Origin: a virus
Lineage: Duplodnaviria > Heunggongvirae > Uroviricota > Caudoviricetes
Direction: 5' to 3' (one strand)
DNA length: 64,000 bases
Virus record (IMG/VR): IMGVR_UViG_2718218168_000001
Coordinates: 34,217-98,216 of that record
In this document: piece after piece, positions 43,786 to 54,748 of the stretch
Position numbering within the stretch: position 1 is the first letter of the stretch
How the letters are laid out: each line of letters starts with the position of its first letter
Notes under the pieces: generated by a model
Seen by the model: only the letters and a program-made list of their open reading frames with translations
Database searches by the model: none
Told to the model about the DNA's origin: nothing
Position numbers and translations under genes: made by a program

Positions 43786-43953
43786 GTTAACTCCACTTAT
43801 TGTTAGGTAGAATTGTCCGTTAGTTGTTTATTAATTGCAATAATGGGACGTTCTGATTTGCTAACTACGTCATCTTACCAGGACGCCTATGAGTTTTCCT
43901 CATGGCAAACTAGAGGTGTTGAAAGTATGCATGGTTATAATTAGAGCAATCTA

Positions 43954-44799
43954 TCACCCTCTGAATCCTACCGGTATACCCCATTGTTCGTTATCTTTAT
44001 TTTTGGCTAATACCGCATTAAGTGCTTCGTTTACCGTCATGCAATGCGGTAGATTATCGAAGTTTGATATCCAGCCAATATCAGGAGAACGCTTGTTCTT
44101 CAGGTAAGCATATTTCCGCGCTGCCGCCTCTACTTTCTGCTTGAACTCATGTTTTTGAGCGCGTTTTTTGGATAACCGCAGATTGTCAGCCTTTGCTTTT
44201 GCCTCAGCGATCCATGAAGTCAGTTTTTTGAGGCTGGTCGTTCCGGTACCGCCGGAAACTGATCTTTTTGTTTTTTTAATTTGTGACTTCTTATTCTTTA
44301 TTGCCACGTCATCCTGACAGGGGGAGGGGGTATCATTTTGACATGGGGGTGTGGATAAAAAATTAAATAAAGCCAATGTCTTAGCGAGAACAGCTTTAAC
44401 CTTGGTTGCCGCTGAAGAGATCTTTAATTTGCTTTCAATCAGCGCATTTTTGGCTTGTTGTGCGAAGGCCAAAAAGGATGGTGTAAACCGGTACAGGTTA
44501 GCGCGACGTTCACGGTGATCGCCGATAACAATCTCTACAGACAGAATTCCTTTGTTTACAGCTTCACGGAATGCACGAACGACGGTTGATTGGCTATAAC
44601 CAGTTTCTGCCGCGATCAGGCGGTGAGGCTTGTGAATGAAGTATTCACTGGTTGTTGCCGCGAGATTTGCACATTGCGACAGGATATGCCCGGCGCTACG
44701 GGATAGACCGGAGTGTGTTACAAAGCAGGCCAATTCATAGCCAGAAAAAGTAAAATCGCTCATCGTTATACAGCTCAGGAAAGTGACTTTAGCCAGCAT
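43954..44799 (-). CDS. repL: lytic replication protein RepL
   Basis: 281 aa; downstream of the kilA-like gene under a C1 operator, as in the P1 lytic replicon. Confidence 0.75.
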   Translation of the reverse strand: MLAKVTFLSCITMSDFTFSGYELACFVTHSGLSRSAGHILSQCANLAATTSEYFIHKPHRLIAAETGYSQSTVVRAFREAVNKGILSVEIVIGDHRERRANLYRFTPSFLAFAQQAKNALIESKLKISSAATKVKAVLAKTLALFNFLSTPPCQNDTPSPCQDDVAIKNKKSQIKKTKRSVSGGTGTTSLKKLTSWIAEAKAKADNLRLSKKRAQKHEFKQKVEAAARKYAYLKNKRSPDIGWISNFDNLPHCMTVNEALNAVLAKNKDNEQWGIPVGFRG

Positions 44800-44828
44800 T
44801 ACAATGCTGGTGGTTCTTACTACGTCTG

Positions 44829-45629
44829 TTAGCGCGTTGCCGCGACAGGTACCAGCACACCAGCATCAAGCAATCGCTTCATCAGCCACTGCTGACCTTT
44901 GCCGGTTATACGAGTCGTGAAAGAAATCCTGCTTCCATTGCTTGTATCGATCACGGTTTCTTTAAGGGTGAAATACCCACGGGATATGTATTCTTGTTTG
45001 GGGACGTTCCTGCGTTCACCGGTTGCGATCAGAATTCCGTTATCACGCAACCAGGTGAAGAGATAGTTTTGGCCCAGGCCGAGCACTTTGGCATAGTTGC
45101 CGATTAGAACCCCGCTGGCGGTAGCAACGCGTTCGGCGAATTCGACTTTAGGTGCATCCATCAGCATTTTTTGCTCCAGCCGTTGCTTTTGCTCTGCCAG
45201 GTCAGCAGCCAAACGGAGAGCTTCTGGGAGGCTCTTCGGAATAGCAGGTTGTAATCTTCCGGCTCGATAGTCGATAAATGTCTGGTTTACCTTCAGCCGA
45301 AACGCGGGAGAAATCCAGCCTGCGTACTCCACTGCGAGCAATTCATGGGCAAAAGTGCCGCCGCCACGGCCTTCGAACGAAACTATGCAATTCTGCATAG
45401 TTTCTTTTTCAAGCTCTTCGATGAGCTGTTTGGCTGACAGCGTTCTTAGCCATTGAGCTGGCGCTTTATGGGCACCGAGTCCGCTCGCTCTGTGTAGAGC
45501 ATTAAGGTTGTAACGGCCAGCGCGGTCGGTCGTAATTTCAACACCACAAATAACAGGCAGAGTGGTTGAAGGATCGACATTTTGATGAAGGTTTGATATA
45601 TTCATATCCGCATTGAATGTTTGTTGCAT
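44829..45629 (-). CDS. kilA: KilA-N domain / antirepressor-C domain protein
   Basis: 266 aa; C-terminal AntB-like region shared with the upstream ant gene; C1 operator just upstream. Confidence 0.65.
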   Translation of the reverse strand: MQQTFNADMNISNLHQNVDPSTTLPVICGVEITTDRAGRYNLNALHRASGLGAHKAPAQWLRTLSAKQLIEELEKETMQNCIVSFEGRGGGTFAHELLAVEYAGWISPAFRLKVNQTFIDYRAGRLQPAIPKSLPEALRLAADLAEQKQRLEQKMLMDAPKVEFAERVATASGVLIGNYAKVLGLGQNYLFTWLRDNGILIATGERRNVPKQEYISRGYFTLKETVIDTSNGSRISFTTRITGKGQQWLMKRLLDAGVLVPVAATR

Positions 45630-45698
45630 TTTTTCTCCAAATTTGCATCAACCTTCAATCACCAGCTCGAAATGGTGATTCTTTGCACTTAGAAAACG

Positions 45699-45715
45699 AA
45701 ATTTATTAGAGCAAA
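45699..45715. promoter_or_regulatory. C1 operator (16/17) upstream of kilA-repL
   Basis: aaatttattagagcaaa. Confidence 0.65.
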
Positions 45716-45793
45716 TTTTTCTAACTCGATCCAGATCGGGTTGGACGATCTGTTCAGAAACCTGCCAGTTTGCTGGCAGGTTTTTTTCTTTTG

Positions 45794-46828
45794 TTAACCT
45801 ATTGCTACTGGTTTTAACAAACCAGCATCAAGTAGCTTGCGAGTTAACCACTGCTGGCCTTTACCCGTTAATTGGGGCGTCAGCCGTATCTGGTAGCCAT
45901 TTTCATCATCCAGCACCACTTCTTTCACCGTGAAATACCCGGCGTTGATGTACTGTTGGCGCGGTACGTTTTTGCGCGCACCAAAAGCCATGAGAATGCC
46001 GTTCTGGCGCAACCATGAGAAAAGGGTGTTTTGCTTAAGTCCAACGACCTTTGCAAAGTTCCCGATCAGGATTCCATTGGCCACTGATACCCGGTCGGCA
46101 AAATCGACTTTAGGGGCTGCGGCCACCAGCTGTTGTTCCAACTGCATTTTCTGTTCTGCTAACTCGGCAGCCAGGCGTAGGGCTTCTGGTAATGTCTGGG
46201 GGATCGATGGGGTAGGGGAGTTTGCCTGCTGTAATTCTTCCAGTTTGTCGATCAGCGAACGGCGGACCGCTTTTGACTCGCGCGCGGCAACTCGCAGGGC
46301 TTGTTTGTAGGTCATTGTTATAATATCTATTTCTGCGCCGTTTTTTTGACCTACGAAAATTTCGTAGGTTTCTCCTTCAAGTTCATCCTTAACTCTGGCA
46401 ATGAAATCATTATTGCGAACTGGTTTTTCGCTACATAATTTCCGTGCCTCATTGACCATCTTCAACAATGTTTGGCTGTCGATTGTGTCTCCGATGTTGG
46501 GGATGACATTCACGGCTGGTGTTGGCGTAGCTGACGTAACAGGTGCTGGTTTTTCAATATTCAAATTTTTACCGGTCACTCTGTGTGCCTCCTTTCTCAT
46601 TTCTGCTACCACTGTTGCGTAACGTAGACGTCCTTGTTCAATCAAATAATCCCTGATCTCGGCTATCAGTAGCTTGTTGATCACAGCCTTATCTGTTCGG
46701 GTATAAAAACGTCTGGTTATCATGAAATAGTTGGCAATTGCGCCGGGGATCTCCCGTGTCGGCATACAGGTTGTATGCAGGGCGATCGCTTCGGCTATTT
46801 CATTACGGGTGACGAGAGGTTTTTTCAT
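45794..46828 (-). CDS. ant1: antirepressor Ant
   Basis: ORF track 45794..47038; probable start at MKKPLVTRNE inside the icd 3' end; C-terminal half paralogous to KilA. Confidence 0.55.
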   Translation of the reverse strand: MKKPLVTRNEIAEAIALHTTCMPTREIPGAIANYFMITRRFYTRTDKAVINKLLIAEIRDYLIEQGRLRYATVVAEMRKEAHRVTGKNLNIEKPAPVTSATPTPAVNVIPNIGDTIDSQTLLKMVNEARKLCSEKPVRNNDFIARVKDELEGETYEIFVGQKNGAEIDIITMTYKQALRVAARESKAVRRSLIDKLEELQQANSPTPSIPQTLPEALRLAAELAEQKMQLEQQLVAAAPKVDFADRVSVANGILIGNFAKVVGLKQNTLFSWLRQNGILMAFGARKNVPRQQYINAGYFTVKEVVLDDENGYQIRLTPQLTGKGQQWLTRKLLDAGLLKPVAIG

Positions 46829-47045
46829 AAATCCCCTGAACGTCGGCAGAGAAGGGGAGGTTCCAGTAACTAAGTGAATTGCGCGAGTTAGTTGAAAAAC
46901 GGGCAGTAAAAATGCAGGGGCCATCAGGCAATTGAGAGCGTGCTTCGTCTTCTGTTGCTGCGATGACGAAGTGATAGTGGTGTTTTTTACAGGAATAGAA
47001 ACGCCAGATGAATTCTTGGTGTGCGCAAGGATTGGCATTAACCAT
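46803..47045 (-). CDS. icd: Icd-like small protein
   Basis: 80-aa ORF whose 3' end overlaps the ant start, the arrangement described for P1 immI; sequence not verified. Confidence 0.4.
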   Translation of the reverse strand: MVNANPCAHQEFIWRFYSCKKHHYHFVIAATEDEARSQLPDGPCIFTARFSTNSRNSLSYWNLPFSADVQGIYEKTSRHP

Positions 47046-47359
47046 AGTTACGGCCTCACAATCAGGTTTAACAACCTGCTACCCGCTGCTAAACAGGTGG
47101 CAGGACGTGACGGGGTTAGCAGACTGGCGATTGTGAAACCAGCAGGCCGAAGCCTCCCCATCACGCCCCACCATAATTTGGGCGTAACGCGGTTTTACGG
47201 ACACAAAAATACCGCAATATCGGATATCTGCGGCTGTCCGCACAATCATTCAGGCTGCTAAACCCGGTCGCAGAATTTGCTACGACGGCGAAACTATAAG
47301 CCTGAACGATTAAAAGGTCAATATGATGCGAAAAGATAGCATTCACGACTTAAAAATAC

Positions 47360-47376
47360 AAATTTATTAGAGCAGA
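47360..47376. promoter_or_regulatory. C1 operator-like 17-mer (15/17) upstream of the c4-icd-ant-like operon
   Basis: aaatttattagagcaga. Confidence 0.55.
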
Positions 47377-47657
47377 TGAGTGTCGTGCAATAGAAGTATT
47401 ATTTGTGATGAAAAATAATGCAGAGGGATATTGTTACTTTAAGATGGATATCAATAGTCGATACATAAATTAAGTTAGCAATAAACTATTAACTTAAGAA
47501 ATAATGCAGATGGTGAACTTGTCTCTGACTTTTCAGCTATACACAATAAGTTAGGGGTTGCTTATAAAAAGTTGATTAATTGATATAAGTCAATGGGAGT
47601 ATTCTTGTTTACTTTCCGTTCTCGTGGTAACTTCTCGCCGGTTTTTGTTTTTCTTGG

Positions 47658-48179
47658 ATGATTCTTATGTCTAAAAAGTATACTTTATGCGCTCTTGTTG
47701 TATCTGCAATTCTTCTTTCTGGGTGTCAATCTAGCGGTGCTGATTATGCTGCCGATGTTTATGATACCGCTCAATTGAATTCGAAGCAGGAAACAAAGAC
47801 AGTCAATATTATCTCTGTGCTTCCAGCTAAAGTGAAAGTTGATAATAAAGCTAATAAAGAAGCGGCACAGACATTTGGTGCGGTACTGGGAGCTGTTGCT
47901 GGGGGCGTTGCCGGTTATAATGTTAAAGGCACATCGACACTGGGTGCTGTAGCTGGCGGTACTGGTGGTGCGGCTCTTGGTGCAGCGGCTGGTTCTTTGG
48001 TTAGTGATAAAACAATTGTTGAAGGTGTTTCACTGACTTATAAAGAAGGAACTAAGGTGTTCACTTCAACTCAAGTTGGTAAAGCATGCCAGTTTACAAC
48101 GGGGCTTGCTGTGCTTATTTCAACTAAAGATAATGAAACTCGAATTCAGCCAAATGCTACTTGTCCAGAAAAGAAATAA
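47658..48179 (+). CDS. lipoprotein with glycine-zipper region
   Basis: 173 aa; signal peptide plus lipobox LLSGC; GAVLGAVAGGVAGY... glycine zipper; AT-rich. Confidence 0.6.
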   Translation: MILMSKKYTLCALVVSAILLSGCQSSGADYAADVYDTAQLNSKQETKTVNIISVLPAKVKVDNKANKEAAQTFGAVLGAVAGGVAGYNVKGTSTLGAVAGGTGGAALGAAAGSLVSDKTIVEGVSLTYKEGTKVFTSTQVGKACQFTTGLAVLISTKDNETRIQPNATCPEKK

Positions 48180-48182
48180 TTT

Positions 48183-48722
48183 ATGAATAAAATTATTTTA
48201 TTTCTAATCTTTTCTACGTTTAGTGTAGGCAATGCCTTGGCTAACTCGTTGCAAAGTCAAATTGCTGCTATTGCTCAAGCGGAAAATGAAGGGCGAGCTA
48301 AAGAGCAGCAAGCTGAGGATGCCAGAAAAGAACTTATTCGCCAACAAGCACAAGCTGAACGTATTAGAAGAGAAAAAGCAGCATCTGCCGCTGCTGCACG
48401 CGAAAAACAGCGTGTTGCTGCAGAAAATGAACGTAGAGCAAAACGAGAAGCCGAGCTAGCAAATGACAAGAAGCGAGATCAAGCTTATGAGGATGAGCTT
48501 CGCAAGCTGCAACTCGAAAGCATGAAACTCGAACTGCAAGCAAAAGCGGCTCGTGTCCAGCGAGAAAACGATTTTATAGAGCAGGAGTTGAAGGAGAGAG
48601 CAGCTAAGACAGATGTAATTCAGTCTGAGGCTGATGCAAATAGAAATATTTCTACAGGAAGTAAAGATTTACTGCAAAGCGAAGGAAAAGCTAGAGAGAA
48701 GAAAGCTAGCAGTTGGTGGTAG
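48183..48722 (+). CDS. secreted coiled-coil protein
   Basis: 179 aa; signal peptide (MNKIILFLIFSTFSVGNALA) then Ala/Glu/Arg/Lys-rich helix. Confidence 0.55.
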   Translation: MNKIILFLIFSTFSVGNALANSLQSQIAAIAQAENEGRAKEQQAEDARKELIRQQAQAERIRREKAASAAAAREKQRVAAENERRAKREAELANDKKRDQAYEDELRKLQLESMKLELQAKAARVQRENDFIEQELKERAAKTDVIQSEADANRNISTGSKDLLQSEGKAREKKASSWW

Positions 48723-48778
48723 TAATCACTACGATTGCGAGCATACTGTCACAAATGACAACTCGTAGAATCTGTTAA

Positions 48779-49992
<1,214 letters not shown>

Positions 49993-50006
49993 ATTAAGGA
50001 GCAAGG

Positions 50007-50888
50007 ATGCTTTTACCTCTTTTCCCGCTACCATCGCGGCCAACTGAATTGATCCAGTTCCGTCAGCCAAATATTGCTGATGCAATGCGTTTCAACTCGA
50101 TAACACCGGAGGAACAAGAACAACAGACAACGGCATATTTGAAAGCCTTGCTGGCTGAACCCGCGAAACATGATCCCCTGACATGGACGGCGCAGGACCG
50201 GATTACCGCGTTATGGTGGATATTTACCGGCTCCCGTGAAACACCGGTCGAAACATTCACCTACACCTGTAAACATTGCGGTAAAGAGCATTATTACGAT
50301 TGCGATATGAATGCTCTGGCTGAAGATATCCAGGTCCTGGAAGTGGAACCGTTCATTGACGATATTGAGGTGTCTGTAGAGGGCGTGCCTTATCAATGGC
50401 GTATCGTGCCGCTTGATGGTTGGGCAATGGAAATGCTGGAGATGCGCCGTGCAGCATTGCCACCTGAAGACGGCGCGGAATTCAAAGAAGCGATCGTTGA
50501 TTTGCGTTTTTGGGAATTCGCTTATCAGTGTGAACTTTATAACGATGTTAGCGGTACTCGTGAAGAGCAGGCTGAGCGTCGTTATGAAACGATCAAACGG
50601 ATGGCCATTGATACTGAATTTATGAAGCTGGCGGCACACATCCGGCTGGCTCATGAAAAGCTCGAACATGGTTTACCGTGCTACATCGATAAAGGCGAAA
50701 TGCGTCTTCGTCTCCCGCCGCACAAATGCCCAAACCAGGATACAAAGGAGTCCACAGAGGGTGCGTATACCCGTCTGTGGGTGCCCTTTCGGGCTACCGA
50801 CTTCATTCCACAGGTGGGGATTGAAAAGCTATCAGACCTTAGTGTCCAACCTGGTTTTGTATGGGGGTATACCGATTCAGGACGCTGA
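50007..50888 (+). CDS. hypothetical tail-module protein (possible chaperone)
   Basis: 293 aa; CKHCGKEHYYDC motif; immediately upstream of sit. Confidence 0.5.
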   Translation: MLLPLFPLPSRPTELIQFRQPNIADAMRFNSITPEEQEQQTTAYLKALLAEPAKHDPLTWTAQDRITALWWIFTGSRETPVETFTYTCKHCGKEHYYDCDMNALAEDIQVLEVEPFIDDIEVSVEGVPYQWRIVPLDGWAMEMLEMRRAALPPEDGAEFKEAIVDLRFWEFAYQCELYNDVSGTREEQAERRYETIKRMAIDTEFMKLAAHIRLAHEKLEHGLPCYIDKGEMRLRLPPHKCPNQDTKESTEGAYTRLWVPFRATDFIPQVGIEKLSDLSVQPGFVWGYTDSGR

Positions 50889-50969
50889 AAGGCTCACTGA
50901 ATCCTATGCGTTTTTCCTGTTGGAGAAACTGGAAGAAAAACTTAAACCGAAGCGGTAGGCGATAAGATC

Positions 50970-53900
50970 ATGGAAAGAAAAAACGCCAACATTGACGATG
51001 TGATAAGGACGGTTGAAACCGCCAGCGCAAAAGAGCTGGAAGAGCTTGCAGGTATTCGGGAAGCCGTTGAAGATTTGAAAGGGGGGCGAGTTGCTACAGT
51101 TGATCCTGTCTCTCGCAGTGTGTCGGCATTAAATCGCACAATCGAAAATTCCCGGCCAGACTTTGTGGCCAATGCGCCATCAGTGGACCCTATTGTTGAG
51201 GCAATGAAACGGCTTAATTTAGGGGACGTTTCTCGTGTAGTTCAGGAGGATGTTGCTCTACAGGAACCGCAGGCCAAATCAACTACGCGAAAGGGTAAAA
51301 AACGACGCAAGAAGGCTATAACAGAAGATGTAAAGGCGCAACGGACCGAAGCAGCCGAACACGCTCGCGAAATGTTCGGTCAAAAAGGCGGTGCGCAAAA
51401 AAGCCAAAACCAACGCGATGCGCGTGGTCGTTTTATTGGAAAGTCAGGGAGTAAGGCCGCAGCGGAAGATGCCCGTGCTGAACGTGCTGAAAAGGCCAGG
51501 CGCAAAGAGGATGATGAGCGTCTAAATGCTGAATCAGGTTTATTAAAAAAACTGTCAAAAGTAGCTGAAGGCATAGGTAACCCTTCAGAGACTCGTGCCG
51601 TCGATGCGTTAGGTTATGCCGTTGCTGGTCCATTGTGGGCAGCAGGGAAGGAGCTTGGCGGGATATCAAAAGAAGTTGGTGGATCGCTTAATGGTGCCAG
51701 AAAGTCTATTGCCGATGTGATTCGTGGCAATGACGATAACAGCCGTAGAAAAGGTTTTTTTAGGCGTAAATCGCAAAATAGTGCCGATGTCGTTCAGGTT
51801 AACACCCAAAAACGGACGGTTCAGGAACTTCAGGAGCAGACCAGCGAAATTAAAGAGGGCAATGACAAGATTCTCAGCGCCCTTGATCAGATAGCCAAAA
51901 ACACCGGGAAAAAGAAGGGCGGCTTGCTGTCCAAACTATTTAGCCTGTTAGGGAAGGGGGCCGGTGGCGTCGCGTCGTTGTTAATGGGGCGTGGCATGCT
52001 GAAAAAAGCTGGAGCACTCGCTTTTGGCGCTCTGGGGGCAAAGAAACTTGTAGGAATGCTACGCGGTGGTGGCAAGAAGACTCTCGCCCATGAAGGCGGA
52101 GATTTGGCTGCCCGGGCAGCAGGTAAACTTGGATTAAAGGCAGTTGGTAAAGGGGCGTTACGCGCAATTCCCCTAGTCGGCACAGTGGCTGGAGGTATTT
52201 ATGATGCGGTAACCGGTTGGAATGATACAGAAGCGCAACGTCGAGCGTTTGGGCTTAAATCAGGACAAGATCCATCATTCCAGCAAAAAGCCGCTTATAC
52301 GTTAGCTAATGTTCTTGATATGGGGGGACTGGTATCTGGTATTAGCAGCGCCATTGGTGAGGTTCTCAAATCACTTGGATTTGAGGATATCGGCAATATG
52401 TTGCAATCATTTTCGACGGAAAGTATTGCCCTGGCCATTGATAGTGGGATTACCAACTTAGAAACATATATTTCTAACCTTGGCGACACCATTTCTACCA
52501 AGTTCGATGATTACACAGCAAAGATTGGTGATGCTGTTTCAGCATGGTTTAGCGATACATCTAATAAGCTGCTTGAAAAGCTGGATGCCATCAAAGACTT
52601 CTTTACTGTCGATAACCTGAAACAGGTTTTCAGTGATGCAATTGATAGTGCAATTGATTTCATTAAGAACCCAGGGAAACACATTAAAGAGGCGGCTGGT
52701 AATATTTGGGATGGGGTTAAAAATTTACCAGGTAAAGCATTAGATGCAGCGGTTGATGCCGTTAAAAATACCCCTGCGGCAATGATTGTATCAAAAATAC
52801 CCAATCCGATCGGCGAGGCTAATGCGAAAGAAATCACTCCAGAGTTAAAAGCTCCGGTTAATAGCCACCAGGGGACATCTGATTCTAAAACTGAATCCGA
52901 TGCCAAACAGACTAATATTGCTGCCCGCGTGATAAATGCGGCTCTGGATATGGCGAAAGATAGCAATAAAACAGTTAAAGAAACTGCTAATCAGATTATC
53001 AATGCAAATGCCGTAGAAACGGGCAATAGCGCGTTGCAGAAAATTGATAAAGCTATTGGTCAAAATAGCTCGTCATCATCCTCGCTTAATACCACTGGCA
53101 CCAGGAATGACATTCAGAAAGCTGCGGATACCTATAATAATGGCAACTTGGATGTAAAAGTCGGAAGTCTTGGCGCTGAAGGTAAGGCAAATCTCGATAA
53201 GTTGGCTCCGTATTTTGCTGAACTAGAGAATAAATATGGCCTTCCTGAAGGTACTCTTTACGCGATCGCTGCAACTGAATCTGGTGGTGATCCTAACGCA
53301 AAATCTACGCTTACAAGATCACCAAATGGAAAGCTAAGTGGTGGCGCTCTCGGAATGTTCCAGTTTACGAGCGTTGCTCGTGAGGAAACTGGATTATCCC
53401 GGGAAGATTCTTTTAATCCGGAAAAATCGGCAGAAGCTGCGGCTCTTCTCATGAGCAAGTATCTGAAGCAAGCCAATGGAGACTTAAACGAGGCCATCAC
53501 TGCATATAACGCTGGGTTTGGCACTATCAATAAGTGGAAAAAAGGCACAGGTGACTTATCGAAAGAAAACCGTGAGTACGCGATCAAGGTCAATACTCAT
53601 CGTGCTCGCTATTTAGGTGGTGAAATCTATACACCTGGAGCAGGAGCACAGGGTGGGGCGCAATATGGAGTGAGGGGACCACTGCCTGATAACGCTGTTA
53701 TCGATCAGTCTACTGGCCTGGCGTTTACCCCTGGTGATAGCCCGTTTGAGAAAGGCGGTCTGGTAGACAAAATCGGCAATGCTGTTGGCGTTAACGATCT
53801 GGTCAACAAATTCATGAATGGCCGGGGTATGCGTCGGGAAGTCGTTCAGGGAACGCTCGAAGAACGTGCACGAGGGAAGGGGACCGCAACAGCAGCTGGC

Positions 53901-54392
53901 AATGTGTATGTTGATACTCCGATGCCAGTTGAAGAGGCGCGTCCGGTGGCCAGCAACTCAAGTTACTTTGACCAACTCGGCGCACAAATGGGGATTGATG
54001 GACTATTCGATAAACTCCGCAACTCGCCGGGGATGCGGAAAAATAATGCGCTTGAACCAGCCTCCACGTCCCAGGTGACGACTGCCGCCAACGATTTGCA
54101 GCAACCAACCGGTCGTATGCAGATAGACGGACAGGTTATTAGTGACCTTGGCGGCTCCGGTGCCAAGCCGACAATGCAGTTGGCTGATAATACCGTTTCA
54201 CTTGATGGTGAAACGAAGCGGCTGTTTGCGCAGATGACCTCATTGCTTGCCAGGATTGAAGAGCACACCAAAGACTCGGCGAAAGGCCAGGGAACTGTCG
54301 TAAAGGTCAGCACGCCTCAGCCGGGCGTTATGCGCACGGTACCACTGTCAATTGATGATCCGTTGATGAATGACTACGCGAGAGTTGATTGA
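50970..54392 (+). CDS. sit: injected structural transglycosylase Sit (tape-measure-like with SLT domain)
   Basis: 1140 aa; lytic transglycosylase block ...AIAATESGGDP...GALGMFQF...AITAYNAGFG; long coiled-coil and Gly-rich regions. Confidence 0.85.
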   Translation: MERKNANIDDVIRTVETASAKELEELAGIREAVEDLKGGRVATVDPVSRSVSALNRTIENSRPDFVANAPSVDPIVEAMKRLNLGDVSRVVQEDVALQEPQAKSTTRKGKKRRKKAITEDVKAQRTEAAEHAREMFGQKGGAQKSQNQRDARGRFIGKSGSKAAAEDARAERAEKARRKEDDERLNAESGLLKKLSKVAEGIGNPSETRAVDALGYAVAGPLWAAGKELGGISKEVGGSLNGARKSIADVIRGNDDNSRRKGFFRRKSQNSADVVQVNTQKRTVQELQEQTSEIKEGNDKILSALDQIAKNTGKKKGGLLSKLFSLLGKGAGGVASLLMGRGMLKKAGALAFGALGAKKLVGMLRGGGKKTLAHEGGDLAARAAGKLGLKAVGKGALRAIPLVGTVAGGIYDAVTGWNDTEAQRRAFGLKSGQDPSFQQKAAYTLANVLDMGGLVSGISSAIGEVLKSLGFEDIGNMLQSFSTESIALAIDSGITNLETYISNLGDTISTKFDDYTAKIGDAVSAWFSDTSNKLLEKLDAIKDFFTVDNLKQVFSDAIDSAIDFIKNPGKHIKEAAGNIWDGVKNLPGKALDAAVDAVKNTPAAMIVSKIPNPIGEANAKEITPELKAPVNSHQGTSDSKTESDAKQTNIAARVINAALDMAKDSNKTVKETANQIINANAVETGNSALQKIDKAIGQNSSSSSSLNTTGTRNDIQKAADTYNNGNLDVKVGSLGAEGKANLDKLAPYFAELENKYGLPEGTLYAIAATESGGDPNAKSTLTRSPNGKLSGGALGMFQFTSVAREETGLSREDSFNPEKSAEAAALLMSKYLKQANGDLNEAITAYNAGFGTINKWKKGTGDLSKENREYAIKVNTHRARYLGGEIYTPGAGAQGGAQYGVRGPLPDNAVIDQSTGLAFTPGDSPFEKGGLVDKIGNAVGVNDLVNKFMNGRGMRREVVQGTLEERARGKGTATAAGNVYVDTPMPVEEARPVASNSSYFDQLGAQMGIDGLFDKLRNSPGMRKNNALEPASTSQVTTAANDLQQPTGRMQIDGQVISDLGGSGAKPTMQLADNTVSLDGETKRLFAQMTSLLARIEEHTKDSAKGQGTVVKVSTPQPGVMRTVPLSIDDPLMNDYARVD

Positions 54393-54748
54393 TGGCCAAC
54401 AATAACGAAATTGATCCTTTGCTGACGCTGGAGTTATCCGGCGTAAAAACGTATGAGTCCCAGGAGGAGGCCTGGGGCGCTCGTTTATATGAGTGGCTAA
54501 ACACTTATCAGGGTGAGGTATACGGGGATCCGTCATGGGGCAATGTTTTACCGCAGTTTAAACACGAACCGACCAACTTGTCGCATGTTCAAATTGCGGT
54601 TGAGGCAATGCTGTTGCAAAAACTGACGGTAGATTTACCTGACATACCGATTTCTGGCTTGTCAGTAGCCGAGGGAGATGCTTTTGATAAGTTGAAAATA
54701 TCCATTCGTATCAGGGATATAACTATCACACAGGACGTGGTGCTATGA
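54389..54748 (+). CDS. putative baseplate wedge protein (gp25/W-like)
   Basis: 119 aa; size and position between sit and the baseplate/tail-fibre genes. Confidence 0.45.
   Translation: MMANNNEIDPLLTLELSGVKTYESQEEAWGARLYEWLNTYQGEVYGDPSWGNVLPQFKHEPTNLSHVQIAVEAMLLQKLTVDLPDIPISGLSVAEGDAFDKLKISIRIRDITITQDVVL

Noticed and set aside
43924-43940. Additional C1 operator between repL and the DUF3800-like gene
   Set aside because: Only 11/17 match to the consensus; too weak to call.
47658-48722. Direct assignment as P1 simABC superimmunity genes
   Set aside because: Orientation is divergent from the c4-icd-ant-like operon, and the proteins are not recognisably Sim-like from sequence alone; left as a hypothesis.
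51380-54313. Multiple 60-150-aa ORFs on the minus strand within sit
   Set aside because: Antisense to a long, well-supported gene; translations are Ala/Pro/Arg-rich in the way expected from the reverse frame of a GC-rich gene.
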